From assembly GCA_965218785.1 (NCBI GenBank), contig OZ244650.1, forward strand, positions 320,001 to 384,000: 64,000 bases of DNA. Reading direction: 5' to 3'. Below the pieces are notes generated by a model that made no database searches, was not told the origin of the DNA, and saw only the letters and a program-made list of their open reading frames with translations. The position numbers and the translations under genes are program-made. Shown here in pieces: positions 31,720-42,374 of this stretch; position 1 is the first letter of the stretch, and every line of letters starts with the position of its first letter. Source of the stretch: Nitrosopumilus sp. (GTDB lineage Archaea > Thermoproteota > Nitrososphaeria > Nitrososphaerales > Nitrosopumilaceae).

Positions 31720-32333
31720 GCCCAAACATCGGAGTTTTATCCATTCAAGGTGACGTTGAAGAAAACATTCTTTCTATCCGATCTGCCCTCGACGATCTGG
31801 GCATTGATGGACAAGTATCTGACGTAAAGACACCTGAAGAGATCTCCCAGCTGGATGGACTGATAATACCCGGTGGTGAAAGCACTACTATTGGACAACT
31901 TTCCTTGGTAAATGGCTCATTAAAGGCATTAAAAGAAAAAATTGAAGACGGAATGCCCGTACTTGGAATATGTGCCGGAATGATCATGTTATCCAAAACT
32001 GCATATGATCATATCGTTGGAAAAACCAATCAGCCCCTTTTAGACGTTCTTGATATAAAATTAGAGAGAAACTCCTTTGGACGGCAGCAAGAATCCTTCG
32101 AATCTGAGGTATCTATGGATCCTATAGGCATTCCAAAATTCAATGGCGTCTTTATTAGGGCGCCGTCCGTCTCTGATGTTGGTCCTGATGTACAAGTTCT
32201 CTCAAAATTTAATGGAAGAATAGTTGCAGTCAAAAAACACAATGTAATTGCCACTGCATTTCATCCTGAACTCACTGAAGATATTTCCCTGCACAAGTAT
32301 TTTGTTAATCTTGTTAATACCTCCAAGAATTAA
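31716..32333 (+). CDS. pdxT: PLP synthase glutaminase subunit
   Basis: PGGESTT, GICAG, RNSFGRQ, FIRAP, FHPE. Confidence 0.97.
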   Translation: MSPNIGVLSIQGDVEENILSIRSALDDLGIDGQVSDVKTPEEISQLDGLIIPGGESTTIGQLSLVNGSLKALKEKIEDGMPVLGICAGMIMLSKTAYDHIVGKTNQPLLDVLDIKLERNSFGRQQESFESEVSMDPIGIPKFNGVFIRAPSVSDVGPDVQVLSKFNGRIVAVKKHNVIATAFHPELTEDISLHKYFVNLVNTSKN

Positions 32334-32445
32334 CCTTCTTCAATGACAAATTCCAGGCAGCTTTTCTTACTATGATGGCCCATACATCCGGAATGTATTA
32401 TATCTGCCCACAAATGACATCTTGCAGGCATGATGGACTTCTTGC

Positions 32446-34764
32446 TTACTCTGATAAATTATGCATGGATTTCAGGTCTTTTCTGAACGGCTCTAGAATT
32501 TCCGGGATTTCAATTTTTATCGAGTCTTTTAATGAGAGTCCCTGAGATTTTTTCTCATTCCATACTTTGGAATTAAACGCGGTAATTTCATTTGTAATGC
32601 CACTTTGTTCTTCAATGTTTTCTGACTCGACTTGTTTTTGTCTGTGGATACTTTGCTCCGAATACAAAACCTTCCAAAGATGCTCGGTTATAAATGGGGT
32701 TATTGGTGAGAGTAATTTCAAAATTGTTGACAGTGTTTTGTGCAGGGTAAATATTGCACCGTCTCTCTCCTCATTAGAAAAATCAATTCCATATGCCCGT
32801 GCTTTGACCATCTCAATATAATGAGCCGCAAACAGATTCCATGTGAATTCCCTAATTGCAATTGCAGGAATGAAAAAGTTGTATTCATCGTATCCCCGCT
32901 TGCATTCTTTTATCAGCTTGTCTAATTCAGATAAAATCCATTTGTCAGATGCGGCAGGTGCCGCCGATTCAATTACTGGGAAACTCGACAGAAATCTTGA
33001 CACGTTCCACAGCTTGCTGAGGAATTTCTTTGTGGATTCAATCCTTTGTTCGTTGCATCTAAAGTCATGCCCGTGATTGATCTCACTTGCACTCCAGAAT
33101 CTAAAAGTATCCGCGCCTAGTTTTTCAATGACTGGCAGGGGATCTATTGCATTTCCCTTGCTCTTGCTCATCTTCATCCCCTTCTCATCAAGACCATATC
33201 CCATAATCCATACCTCAGACCATGGCTTTTCTCCTGTGAGCTGCTCGCATCTTAAAAGCGTGTAGTACAGCCATGTTCTGACGATATCCTTTGCCTGAGG
33301 CCTAATTGATGCAGGATAGACTTTTTTGAAAAAGTCGTCATCTCTGTTAAATTTACCAATAAAGAGTGGTGACACGCTAGAATCCATCCACGTATCAAAC
33401 GTCCTCTCTTCCCCAACAAATTCACTAGAATCACATTTTGGACAGTTACTGATGGGACATTTTTCATTCCATGGCCTGTAGTATTTTCCAGGTTCTGGAA
33501 CGTACGGCTCTGAGCAATTTTTACAGTACCATATCGGGATTTCAGTACCATAGTATCTTCTTCTTGATATGGGCCAGTCAATATTGATAGATTCCAGCCA
33601 GTTCATTAGGATCTGCCTGTGCATCTCGGGATGAAACGTGATCTCCTGTCCCAACCTTCTCATTTTTTCAACTGATTCTTTTTGTTTAAGATAATACTCC
33701 TCCATTGGAATGATCTCAATTGGGTTCTTACTTCTCTCTGAAACCGGGGTTCTATGAACAATCTCTTCAATTTTTTCTACAAATCCTTTTGTTTCTAGAT
33801 CCTCGATGATTTTTGCCCTTGCCTGTTTTGGTTTTTTTCCTGCATACTCACCTGCGGCTTTTGTCATTTTACCATCTAGTCCGATTACCACGACCTCCTC
33901 TAATCCTAGTTCCCTGAATAACGCCACGTCGTTTTGATCGCCATAACTGCACACCATTACTGCTCCTGATCCAAATTCCTGCTGGGCAGAATGATGCGTT
34001 CTTAGTTCTACTTCTGCATTGGTGATTGGAACAATTACTTTTTTTCCAATATGTTTTCTGTATCTCTCGTCTTCTGGATTTACAATAATTGTTTTACATG
34101 CACAAATAAGTTCAGGTCTCGTACTTGCAATAATAATTTCCTGCTCGGTATCTTTTATTTTGAATTTCATGTAAACCAACTTTGTTGCCAGATTCTCGTA
34201 TGTTATTTCCGCATCTGCAATGGTCGTTCCTGATACCCAGTCATAGTTGTTAGGCCTGTTTGCCAGATACACCTGACCTTTTTTCCATAATTCGATGAAT
34301 GTTGATTGTGTAAGCGTCCTGTATTCTTTTGAATCAGTCCTATAGTAGTTTGAAAAATCCCCGCTGATTCCCAGGTTTTTCATAATGAGAATCATCTCAG
34401 CTTCCAAATCGTCTAATGCCTCCCTGCATAGATTCAGAAATTCCCCCCTGTCTGTTTCCCTCATCCTGATTTTGTGTTTTTTCTCAGTGTACAGTTCCAC
34501 CGGAAGCCCGTTTCTGTCTATTCCTATAGGAAAATAGACGTTCTTTCCTCTCATTCTTGCCGTTCTTGCAATCATATCAATTTGTGAATAGTGCGCCGCC
34601 GCCCCGATATGCCACGGTCTGCCTGAGGGATAAGGAGGCGGCGTATCTATGGTAAAGTTTTCTTCCTGTGGAAGAAAATCATAAATTTTATCCTTCTCCC
34701 ACTGTCCGAGTATTTTTTTTTCTAACTCTGGATTCCATGCTTTTTCTGATATTTTCGGTTCCAT
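32446..34764 (-). CDS. valS: Valine--tRNA ligase
   Basis: IDTPPPY, HIGA, DTWMDSS, KMSKS. Confidence 0.95.
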   Translation of the reverse strand: MEPKISEKAWNPELEKKILGQWEKDKIYDFLPQEENFTIDTPPPYPSGRPWHIGAAAHYSQIDMIARTARMRGKNVYFPIGIDRNGLPVELYTEKKHKIRMRETDRGEFLNLCREALDDLEAEMILIMKNLGISGDFSNYYRTDSKEYRTLTQSTFIELWKKGQVYLANRPNNYDWVSGTTIADAEITYENLATKLVYMKFKIKDTEQEIIIASTRPELICACKTIIVNPEDERYRKHIGKKVIVPITNAEVELRTHHSAQQEFGSGAVMVCSYGDQNDVALFRELGLEEVVVIGLDGKMTKAAGEYAGKKPKQARAKIIEDLETKGFVEKIEEIVHRTPVSERSKNPIEIIPMEEYYLKQKESVEKMRRLGQEITFHPEMHRQILMNWLESINIDWPISRRRYYGTEIPIWYCKNCSEPYVPEPGKYYRPWNEKCPISNCPKCDSSEFVGEERTFDTWMDSSVSPLFIGKFNRDDDFFKKVYPASIRPQAKDIVRTWLYYTLLRCEQLTGEKPWSEVWIMGYGLDEKGMKMSKSKGNAIDPLPVIEKLGADTFRFWSASEINHGHDFRCNEQRIESTKKFLSKLWNVSRFLSSFPVIESAAPAASDKWILSELDKLIKECKRGYDEYNFFIPAIAIREFTWNLFAAHYIEMVKARAYGIDFSNEERDGAIFTLHKTLSTILKLLSPITPFITEHLWKVLYSEQSIHRQKQVESENIEEQSGITNEITAFNSKVWNEKKSQGLSLKDSIKIEIPEILEPFRKDLKSMHNLSE

Positions 34765-34771
34765 TTCTTAA

Positions 34772-35587
34772 CTATCTTGAGATATTTGAGATGATGTGGG
34801 AACCCTTGTTATATCCTTCGTAGATGTATACGCCGACTGCCTCCACATTTGAGGGCATTTTTGGTGCCAATAGCTTGATAATTTCACTTGAAAGATTTTC
34901 AACAGTAGCTTCCCCTTCTAAAAGATAGGTTGTATTTTTTGGAACCTGCAGCGCAAACATTCCCTTTGGACCTTCAAATTCGATTAGATAATGTAATCCG
35001 TCTTCAGATTTTAGATATTTTCTGTTAATGAAGAACTTGTGATCAAATATGTTGACAACTTCCTTGATAATTTTTTTGGCCACACCAAAGTCCAAGAGCA
35101 GGTTGTCCTTCATCTGTCCTATCAGTTCCACCATTACAGAGGATGTATGTCCGTGTAAGATGGAGCATTTCTCAACCAGGGGAAGTATGTGTGCATAATC
35201 AAATGAAAATGACGCGTCTTCCAAAAATATGGATCCTGTCTGCGGTGTTTTATCATAAAATACGATATCCTGCAGCTCTTTAATCTGTGCAACGTATTTT
35301 CCATGCCCGATTGCCATCACCTTGTCTTGAGGAAAACTTTCTTTGATCTGCCTGTATTTTTCAATGTCATCATCCCCGTCAATTACCTCGATCATTCCCT
35401 TTTCTGTCTTAAAATCGACAGTCACTTTATCTCCATTCTTTAAAGTAAGCTCGTGATCATATTGATATTGCTCCTCAAGAAAAGCAAGCATTTGCGCCAC
35501 TGTTAGCTCCGTTCTTGTTCTGAGCAAATTTCCCTTTTTATCGATATATTTAAAATCCGAATCCAGAATCGTAGGATTTGCAGTCAT
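34772..35587 (-). CDS. 6-pyruvoyl/6-carboxy-tetrahydropterin synthase (QueD/PTPS family) with extra N-terminal domain
   Basis: FDYAH, CSILHGH, LDFG, FDHK, TVENL. Confidence 0.85.
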   Translation of the reverse strand: MTANPTILDSDFKYIDKKGNLLRTRTELTVAQMLAFLEEQYQYDHELTLKNGDKVTVDFKTEKGMIEVIDGDDDIEKYRQIKESFPQDKVMAIGHGKYVAQIKELQDIVFYDKTPQTGSIFLEDASFSFDYAHILPLVEKCSILHGHTSSVMVELIGQMKDNLLLDFGVAKKIIKEVVNIFDHKFFINRKYLKSEDGLHYLIEFEGPKGMFALQVPKNTTYLLEGEATVENLSSEIIKLLAPKMPSNVEAVGVYIYEGYNKGSHIISNISR

Positions 35588-35630
35588 GTGAAGTCATCTG
35601 ACCTTGACTCATAATATAAATTCTATAACA

Positions 35631-35921
35631 TTATGCCTGCTTTACATTCAAAGAATTTAGAATTCTGGCAAGATTGACATCATTTTTTGTAATGCCGCCT
35701 GCATCATGAGTGGTCAATTCCACTGTGATTTTGCTGTATACATTAAGCCATTCTGGATGATGATTCATTTTTTCAATCTCCATGGCCGCCCTGGTCATAA
35801 ACCCGAATGCCTGGTTAAAGTCATCAAACTGAAATTCCTTGTGAAGCTTTTCATTTACGACACTCCAGCCTGGAAGACCCTTTAGCTCCTCATCAATGTC
35901 TGCTTGTGATAATCTCATCAT
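35631..35921 (-). CDS. Pterin-4-alpha-carbinolamine dehydratase
   Basis: [16 protein letters not shown]. Confidence 0.93.
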   Translation of the reverse strand: MMRLSQADIDEELKGLPGWSVVNEKLHKEFQFDDFNQAFGFMTRAAMEIEKMNHHPEWLNVYSKITVELTTHDAGGITKNDVNLARILNSLNVKQA

Positions 35922-35960
35922 ACTGTTTTAGATGAACCGTCAAATTAATAGTTAAAGGGG

Positions 35961-36758
35961 TTGATTCATTACTGTATGCATAAAATCCATCCCGTGAGCG
36001 ACATGGATGAGATTAACAGGAAGTTACTTGAGAATATTGAAAATTCCATCTCTGAAACCGTTAAAGAAAGGAAGATCGGAATCGCCTTTTCTGGAGGAGT
36101 TGACAGCACATTAATCTCAAAAATTTGCTCAGATATGGGTTATGATATTACATTATTGACAATCGGTTTTCATGAATCCCATGATATTTTATTTGCAAAA
36201 CAGGTCAACGAGTATCTAGGATGGACTCACCATGTTCTGGAAATTGATCCGGATTCATTTCCTGATGTTTCATCGAAAATTCATCAGGCAATAAACACTG
36301 GGAATCTTTCATGGAACGAGAATTGTATAGCGTTTTATTATGTGTCTAAACTGGCAAGAAGCTTGGAACTTGACACCGTAGTTACTGCAAACGGAATTGA
36401 CGAATTGTTTTGTGGTTACAATGCGTATAGGGAGGCATTTTCTCAAGGAGAATCCAGAATTCATGAGATCATGTCCTCCAAATTAGATAACGAGCTGAAA
36501 ATGATGGAGGCTGTGAATCTGGTTGCATCAGAATTTGCCGTTCAAATTCTTCAGCCCCTGCTTTGCCCACAATTCATAGATTATGCTAAAACCATTTCTC
36601 TGTCTGAAAAAATTCATGATTCTGATGATTTGTATCGTAAACACATCATAAGAAAACTGGCAAGACAAATCAACGTTCCGGAAATCTCTTGCACAAAAAG
36701 AAAAAAGGCATTACAATATGGTTCTAAAATCCACAAGGCCCTGCTAAAAACTAGATGA
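35961..36758 (+). CDS. Asparagine synthase C-terminal (PP-loop) domain protein
   Basis: FSGGVDS, GIDELFCGY, KKALQYGS; true start probably a few codons downstream. Confidence 0.88.
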   Translation: MIHYCMHKIHPVSDMDEINRKLLENIENSISETVKERKIGIAFSGGVDSTLISKICSDMGYDITLLTIGFHESHDILFAKQVNEYLGWTHHVLEIDPDSFPDVSSKIHQAINTGNLSWNENCIAFYYVSKLARSLELDTVVTANGIDELFCGYNAYREAFSQGESRIHEIMSSKLDNELKMMEAVNLVASEFAVQILQPLLCPQFIDYAKTISLSEKIHDSDDLYRKHIIRKLARQINVPEISCTKRKKALQYGSKIHKALLKTR

Positions 36759-38115
36759 ATTTTTTTACCGTCTTTTGGACAGATTTCTTTACATTATTAA
36801 TAATCGCAGGTGACGCACCAAGATGTTTTTCTGGTGAAAATATTGAATCGATCTCTTTGTCTGTCAACTTTGAAGAAAATGCCCTGTCTTTTTTAATGGC
36901 ATCAATGTATTGAATTCCCCTGTCTTTTGCCTCAAATGCGACTCTTTGAACGTCCCTGTACGCCTCAAATCTGGGTATTCCTTTTTTGATTAGTGCCTCT
37001 AAAACAAATTCTGCAAATATCTGCCCCTTTGTAATGTGCAGGTTTTCTACAATTTTTCTCTCGTTTACGATCAAATTCGAAACGATTCTAGTCATGGTTT
37101 CTAACATTTCATCTACTAGGATAGCCACAGTTGGAATCACGAATCTCTCGTTTGCTGAATTTGAAAGATCCCGTTCATGCCATAATGGAATATTTTCAAA
37201 GGAAATCCCAATCTGACTTCGTACCATTCTTGATAGCGATGAAACTCTTTCGCTTTTGATTGGATTTCTTTTTACAGGAACTGCACTGCTGCCCATCTGT
37301 CCCTTTTTGAACTGTTCGGCAACCTCTCCAATCTCTGTTCTCTGCAAGTTTCTAATCTCCACTGCGATTTTTTCCAAAGTTGAGCCAATCAGTGCCAACT
37401 CAAAGACATATTCTGCATATCTTTCCCTTGGGACAATCTGGGTGGCAACTTCTGCAGGATAAAGTTTCAAGCGTTTTGCAACCCTTTTTTGTACTTCAAG
37501 TGATTTTGCACCCATTAAAGAACCGGTACCTACAACACCGAGTGTCTTACAAATTAGAATTCTTTTCTTGATCTCCTCGATTCGTTCTACATGTTTTGCC
37601 ATTTCTGCTGCCCAATTTGCAAATTTTAATCCAAATGAAATTATGCTTGCATGCTGTCCGTGAGTCCTACCTACGGCTGGAATATTTTTGTATTTCACAG
37701 CTTTTTGTGCAAGAATTGACGCCATCCTTCCAACTTTTGGTTCAATTATTTTCAGCGAGTCACGCATCTGCATAGAGTTACTGGTGTCTACCAGGTCGTT
37801 GCTTGTTAATCCATAATGAATCCACGGCCTGGCATCCTTTGTACATTTTTCACTTAGTGATTCGACTAGTGCTGCCGTGTCATGATCACTTTTTGCTTCA
37901 AGCTGTTTGATTCTTTTTGCGGTAATTCTTCCAGATATTGCGACCTTGAGAATCTTTTTTCCAACCGTCTTTGGAATCAATCCTATCTCACTTTGTGAGA
38001 CAGCAGCTGCGCCTTCTATTTCTAATTGATAATTTATCTTCCTTTGTTCGCCAAAAATTTCTATCATCTCCTTGGTGCCATAACGGCCGCTGTCTATGGG
38101 TAAAATTGCCAACAT
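36751..38115 (-). CDS. purB: Adenylosuccinate lyase
   Basis: HYGLTSND, GRTHGQHA, GSSAVPVKRNP, HERDLSNS. Confidence 0.96.
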   Translation of the reverse strand: MLAILPIDSGRYGTKEMIEIFGEQRKINYQLEIEGAAAVSQSEIGLIPKTVGKKILKVAISGRITAKRIKQLEAKSDHDTAALVESLSEKCTKDARPWIHYGLTSNDLVDTSNSMQMRDSLKIIEPKVGRMASILAQKAVKYKNIPAVGRTHGQHASIISFGLKFANWAAEMAKHVERIEEIKKRILICKTLGVVGTGSLMGAKSLEVQKRVAKRLKLYPAEVATQIVPRERYAEYVFELALIGSTLEKIAVEIRNLQRTEIGEVAEQFKKGQMGSSAVPVKRNPIKSERVSSLSRMVRSQIGISFENIPLWHERDLSNSANERFVIPTVAILVDEMLETMTRIVSNLIVNERKIVENLHITKGQIFAEFVLEALIKKGIPRFEAYRDVQRVAFEAKDRGIQYIDAIKKDRAFSSKLTDKEIDSIFSPEKHLGASPAIINNVKKSVQKTVKKFI

Positions 38116-38220
38116 TATGGCTTTAATCTATGAGAAAATAAATCTACTTCTTGGCAGTTGTGTGTCTAAAGTTGTTTTGTCATGATCTGGCCTCAAAACT
38201 GCTTTTTTTAGGATATGTCC

Positions 38221-38436
38221 TCAATACCGTGATTTCTTTACGGTAGCTATCTTCTTCTGTGATCTAGGCGTCTTTGTCTTTGCCCTGGCCTTGTTTACTT
38301 TGCCTTCTTTTTTGGTAATTTTTCCGCTTCTTCTTGCCGCCCTGGAGCTTTTTGCCCTTATTTTTTGCTCCTCTTTTTGCTTTGCTATCTCCTCCTTAGT
38401 TGGCTTTCCTCTTACCATGTCTCTAAAGATTGCCAA
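38221..38436 (-). CDS. Small Lys/Arg-rich protein
   Basis: 71-aa highly basic ORF, TTG start. Confidence 0.55.
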   Translation of the reverse strand: MAIFRDMVRGKPTKEEIAKQKEEQKIRAKSSRAARRSGKITKKEGKVNKARAKTKTPRSQKKIATVKKSRY

Positions 38437-38496
38437 TCATAGATAAATTAGATCATCACTCTTCTCAGATTCAAACCTAGTCTCATTTTTTGCAAA

Positions 38497-38652
38497 CTAG
38501 TCTTGCTTGATTCCTGTTTCTGATAATACCCATTCTAGAGCTTTGAAATAACCCTGCTTGAAATTTTTTTCATCAATTGCCCAGTCCGGATTGGTCCTCA
38601 ATTCTACAAGTAACTGATTTGCTTTGTGCGCGATAGTATCTTCATCTAGCAT
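38497..38652 (-). CDS. 51-aa hypothetical protein MLDEDTIAHKANQLL...GYFKALEWVL
   Basis: ATG ORF below track cutoff, TATA-like TTTAAAT upstream. Confidence 0.6.
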   Translation of the reverse strand: MLDEDTIAHKANQLLVELRTNPDWAIDEKNFKQGYFKALEWVLSETGIKQD

Positions 38653-38742
38653 GCATTTGAATAAACCCCGGTTCATTTAAAATTTTTTTGCGATTCTTCT
38701 GATGATTTAAATGGGATTGAAAGGAAATTTTACCGAATACAC

Positions 38743-40191
38743 GTGTCTGCCAATACTCCAAAAAAAATCGGGGAAAACCAGTATCAAATTGATGCTGATT
38801 CCAACTTGGGAATGAAGGTTCCTGTACGAATCTATGCTAATCCACTGCTGTTGCAGAAAATGTTATCTGATAGAACAATCATGCAGGCACGAAATGTTTC
38901 TTCCATTCCTGGCATAGTTGGTCATAGTATTGTTTTACCTGACGGTCATGAGGGTTATGGCTTTCCCGTCGGCGGGGTTGCAGCTATGGATGCTGATGAG
39001 GGAATGATCAGTCCTGGTGGTGTTGGATATGATATCAACTGTGGGGTGAGACTACTTCGTTCAAATTTAACTGAACAGACGGTCCGCTCAAAACTAAAAG
39101 AACTTGTTACTGATCTTTTCAGCTCCGTTCCTTCAGGCGTTGGTTCAAAGGGTGCAGTCAGACTAAGTCATTCAGAACTTGATGAGGTCCTAGTCAATGG
39201 AGTCAACTGGGCAATTGATCATGGTTATGGCTCATCAAATGACTCTGATGTTTGTGAAGAGAACGGTCAAATTCAGAATGCCGATCCAGACAAAGTTTCT
39301 GACAAAGCAAGAAAGAGAGGTGCGCCCCAGCTTGGAAGCCTGGGTTCTGGAAATCACTTCCTTGAAGTACAAAAAGTTGCCGAGGTTCATGATAAACAGG
39401 CAGCAGACAGGATGGGAATTAAAGAAGGAACCATTACAGTTTTAATCCATTGCGGTTCTAGGGGATTTGGTCATCAGGTGTGCAGTGACTATCTTAGAGT
39501 TTCCGAACAGGCAATGGAAAAATATGACATCCATCTGCCAGACAGGGAACTGGCATGTGTTCCCAACACTTCTGAAGAAGGCGAATCCTACAGAAAGGCA
39601 ATGTTTTCGGCACTAAATTTTGCATGGAGTAACAGACAAATGATCACTCATTGGACTCGAAAATCCTTCGAGCGTGTATTTAATCAGACGGAATCTGATC
39701 TTGATATGAAGCTGGTTTATGATGTTGCTCACAATATTGCAAAAGTAGAAAAACACAGAGTCGACGGCCAGGAAAGAAAACTTGTCGTTCATAGAAAGGG
39801 TGCAACAAGGGCATTTCCTGCAAATCACGATGATATTCCTTCAAAATATCGGGATTTAGGACAGCCTGTCTTGGTTCCAGGTTCGATGGGCACGGCAAGT
39901 TGGATCTTACTTGGACAGCCGGGTTCTATGGATTTGAGTTTTGGCTCAACTGCACACGGGGCCGGAAGGACAATGTCCAGATCAAAGGCTAGAAGAAACT
40001 ATACCGAGGATGATGTCAAAAAATCCCTCAATGACAAGGGCATATTTATCAAGGCATTAACAAGAGACGGTGTTGTGGAAGAAACTCCCCAAGCATACAA
40101 AGACGTTGATGCCGTAGTTGACGTGTCTCATAACCTGGGAATTGCCACAAAAGTTGCCAAATTAGTGCCTATAGGTGTGATTAAGGGTTGA
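38743..40191 (+). CDS. rtcB: tRNA-splicing ligase RtcB
   Basis: LPDGHEGYG, GYDINCG, GSGNHF, HRKGAT, HGAGR. Confidence 0.97.
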   Translation: MSANTPKKIGENQYQIDADSNLGMKVPVRIYANPLLLQKMLSDRTIMQARNVSSIPGIVGHSIVLPDGHEGYGFPVGGVAAMDADEGMISPGGVGYDINCGVRLLRSNLTEQTVRSKLKELVTDLFSSVPSGVGSKGAVRLSHSELDEVLVNGVNWAIDHGYGSSNDSDVCEENGQIQNADPDKVSDKARKRGAPQLGSLGSGNHFLEVQKVAEVHDKQAADRMGIKEGTITVLIHCGSRGFGHQVCSDYLRVSEQAMEKYDIHLPDRELACVPNTSEEGESYRKAMFSALNFAWSNRQMITHWTRKSFERVFNQTESDLDMKLVYDVAHNIAKVEKHRVDGQERKLVVHRKGATRAFPANHDDIPSKYRDLGQPVLVPGSMGTASWILLGQPGSMDLSFGSTAHGAGRTMSRSKARRNYTEDDVKKSLNDKGIFIKALTRDGVVEETPQAYKDVDAVVDVSHNLGIATKVAKLVPIGVIKG

Positions 40192-40601
40192 GCGAAGAAG
40201 ATTCTGAACTTGAACGACTAAAGGCAAAAAGACTGGCTGAAATGCAAAAAAACATCTCTTCAAAACAGAATATCCGGCAAACCCGAGAATCCGACAAAGA
40301 AAAACCGCCTGAAAATCCACGAGACCTGCTTGCCGCCAAGCTGGGATTTAGGGGACTGGAAGTTTTGGAAAATGCAGAATCCCAATTTCCAAACGAGGCT
40401 AAAATTATTGTAGAAAAATTATCCGAACTGATCAAAACAGGCGAAATTAATGAAATTATTGACGGAGGAAAGTTATTGACATTATTCAGATCAGTCGGCC
40501 TCAATGTTAGGATGGCGACAAAAATCAATATCGAACAAGATGGAAAATTTGTATCTCTGAGTGACAAACTCAGTAAATCATCCAGCAAAGGTGATGAATA
40601 A
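40188..40601 (+). CDS. PDCD5-like DNA-binding protein
   Basis: DSELERLKAKRLAEMQ N-terminus; coupled to rtcB. Confidence 0.7.
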   Translation: MSEEDSELERLKAKRLAEMQKNISSKQNIRQTRESDKEKPPENPRDLLAAKLGFRGLEVLENAESQFPNEAKIIVEKLSELIKTGEINEIIDGGKLLTLFRSVGLNVRMATKINIEQDGKFVSLSDKLSKSSSKGDE

Positions 40602-40912
40602 TGAGTATAACCTTGGAGATTGAATGTAGGAATTATGTCGATGATCTGCTGTCGGTAAAAAAGGCACTCTCACATATGGAAAGCCTTGTGGGATGTTATA
40701 ATGGATATGTACTCAGCGAACCCTCATCAAAATTTGGATGGACGTTTTTCAAACTGGCATTCAAGACTGATTTACAAAATGGCATAGAAGAAAAATTTTC
40801 TGGCATGTTAGAAAAATATACGTGGTGTGATCAGCTAGAAAAATTTACAAAATTCATGGGGGATTATTTTGATTCTAGAGACTGTAATGTAAAAGTAAAG
40901 AAAGTCGACTAG
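40601..40912 (+). CDS. Hypothetical protein
   Basis: TAATG stop/start coupling to upstream gene. Confidence 0.75.
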   Translation: MSITLEIECRNYVDDLLSVKKALSHMESLVGCYNGYVLSEPSSKFGWTFFKLAFKTDLQNGIEEKFSGMLEKYTWCDQLEKFTKFMGDYFDSRDCNVKVKKVD

Positions 40913-41457
40913 ACCCTTCTTCCCCTCTTTCCACCTTTCTTTCTAGTGGTGTCATGAGGAATGGGTGTGACATCATCAATTCTTCCAATCTTAAATCCGC
41001 CCCTTGCCAATGCCCTGATGGCAGCTTGTGCGCCGGGACCAGGTACTCTGGAACCAACTCCGCCTACTGCACGAACTCTGATATGAAATCCAGTGAATCC
41101 CTTTGTTTTTGCAGATTCAACTACTGCGTTTGCAGCTTTCATTGCAGCAAATGGTGATGATTCGTATCTGTCGGCATTGACATGTATTCCACCGGAACTG
41201 ATGGCGACAGTTTCCCCACCTGTAAGATCTGTCATGTGAATAATTGTGTTATTGTAACTGCTGTAGATATGGACGATTCCCCATTTTTCAGGACCCTCCT
41301 TTTTTACCTCTGGTTGATATTTTGTCTTCTCTTCGGTCTTGGATTTTATTTCTTCAACTGGCAATTCTGTCTTTTCAACTGGCAATTCTGTCTTTTCAAC
41401 TGGCGATTCGGTCTTTTCAGATGGCACTTCCTCAAATTTGACTTCTGTTTCTGACAA
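40909..41457 (-). CDS. rps11: 30S ribosomal protein S11 with acidic N-terminal extension
   Basis: [35 protein letters not shown]. Confidence 0.97.
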   Translation of the reverse strand: MSETEVKFEEVPSEKTESPVEKTELPVEKTELPVEEIKSKTEEKTKYQPEVKKEGPEKWGIVHIYSSYNNTIIHMTDLTGGETVAISSGGIHVNADRYESSPFAAMKAANAVVESAKTKGFTGFHIRVRAVGGVGSRVPGPGAQAAIRALARGGFKIGRIDDVTPIPHDTTRKKGGKRGRRV

Positions 41458-41622
41458 TGACTACTCACATCCTAAAGGGTTTAAAAAACATTGATTTTCA
41501 GTATGGGTCTACTATACGAAAATTAGGTTGCACTAATTTCAGACCGGTGGGAACCTCTAGAATTGTAACATCTTGACACATACAAAAAATGGGGTTTGAT
41601 AGATGGATGAAAGAAAGAGATG

Positions 41623-41820
41623 TCAGTCCATATAGTTGACATATGACTTGCCGTTCCAGATCTTCCAATCCTGGCTCTTGGTTGCCTCTCCGACTAGTAT
41701 CACCATACAGTGGCGGCATACCTTGATTGGCAACCCTCGTTTTCTCTTTTTAACCATCTGAACTATGATGCATGCCGTATTAAGCAATGCGGTTTCACAA
41801 TTGGGGCAGCGCAGACTCAT
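41623..41820 (-). CDS. Small Zn-ribbon protein
   Basis: CPNC...CRHC. Confidence 0.5.
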   Translation of the reverse strand: MSLRCPNCETALLNTACIIVQMVKKRKRGLPIKVCRHCMVILVGEATKSQDWKIWNGKSYVNYMD

Positions 41821-42254
41821 TACAGAACCTTCTCTTTTCCCTCTTCTTTGCTTGTGATTTTTTTCATGGCTTTAGATTCTGCTATCCAATTCCTAAAATT
41901 ATTTGCGCATCAATTGTCTTGGAAACGACCTTGACTCATATTTTTTATCATCTATATCGTAATCTCCTCGCGTAATTGCAGTATTTGTTTCTTGGGCATA
42001 AAACATAGAGAACTCTATTTGTATAAAAGATACATTTTTTGTGTCAAAACATCAAAAACTGCCAGTATTACAAGAGACAGTAATTGAGATGATAAAAAGT
42101 CTCAGAGTACGCCGTCATCACTTGATACCTATCAATAAGAAACCAAAGATCTGCCCCGTAATGATTCTAAAAGAATCTTCAATTTAGATATTCTCTTGAT
42201 CACTCATATACCAAATGAATATTTACAGTTATAAACATCTCGGCATTACATTTC

Positions 42255-42362
42255 ATGAAAGAGGACACTGTAACCATACCAAGAAAAACCCTTGAAGAGC
42301 TACAAAAATTCTTTGCAATGTATGTAAAAAATATGGACAAGATAGAGGCCGCCCTAAAATAA
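42255..42362 (+). CDS. 35-aa peptide MKEDTVTIPRKTLEELQKFF...
   Basis: ATG ORF with TTATAAA ~25 nt upstream; convergent with integrase. Confidence 0.45.
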   Translation: MKEDTVTIPRKTLEELQKFFAMYVKNMDKIEAALK

Positions 42363-42374
42363 TTCAGATGCTGA

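Noticed and set aside
32330-32431. 33-aa Cys/His ORF between pdxT and valS
   Set aside because: No convincing motif or promoter; may be chance
41354-41420. 21-bp repeat in rps11
   Set aside because: Ordinary coding repeat (PVEKTE) in a disordered extension
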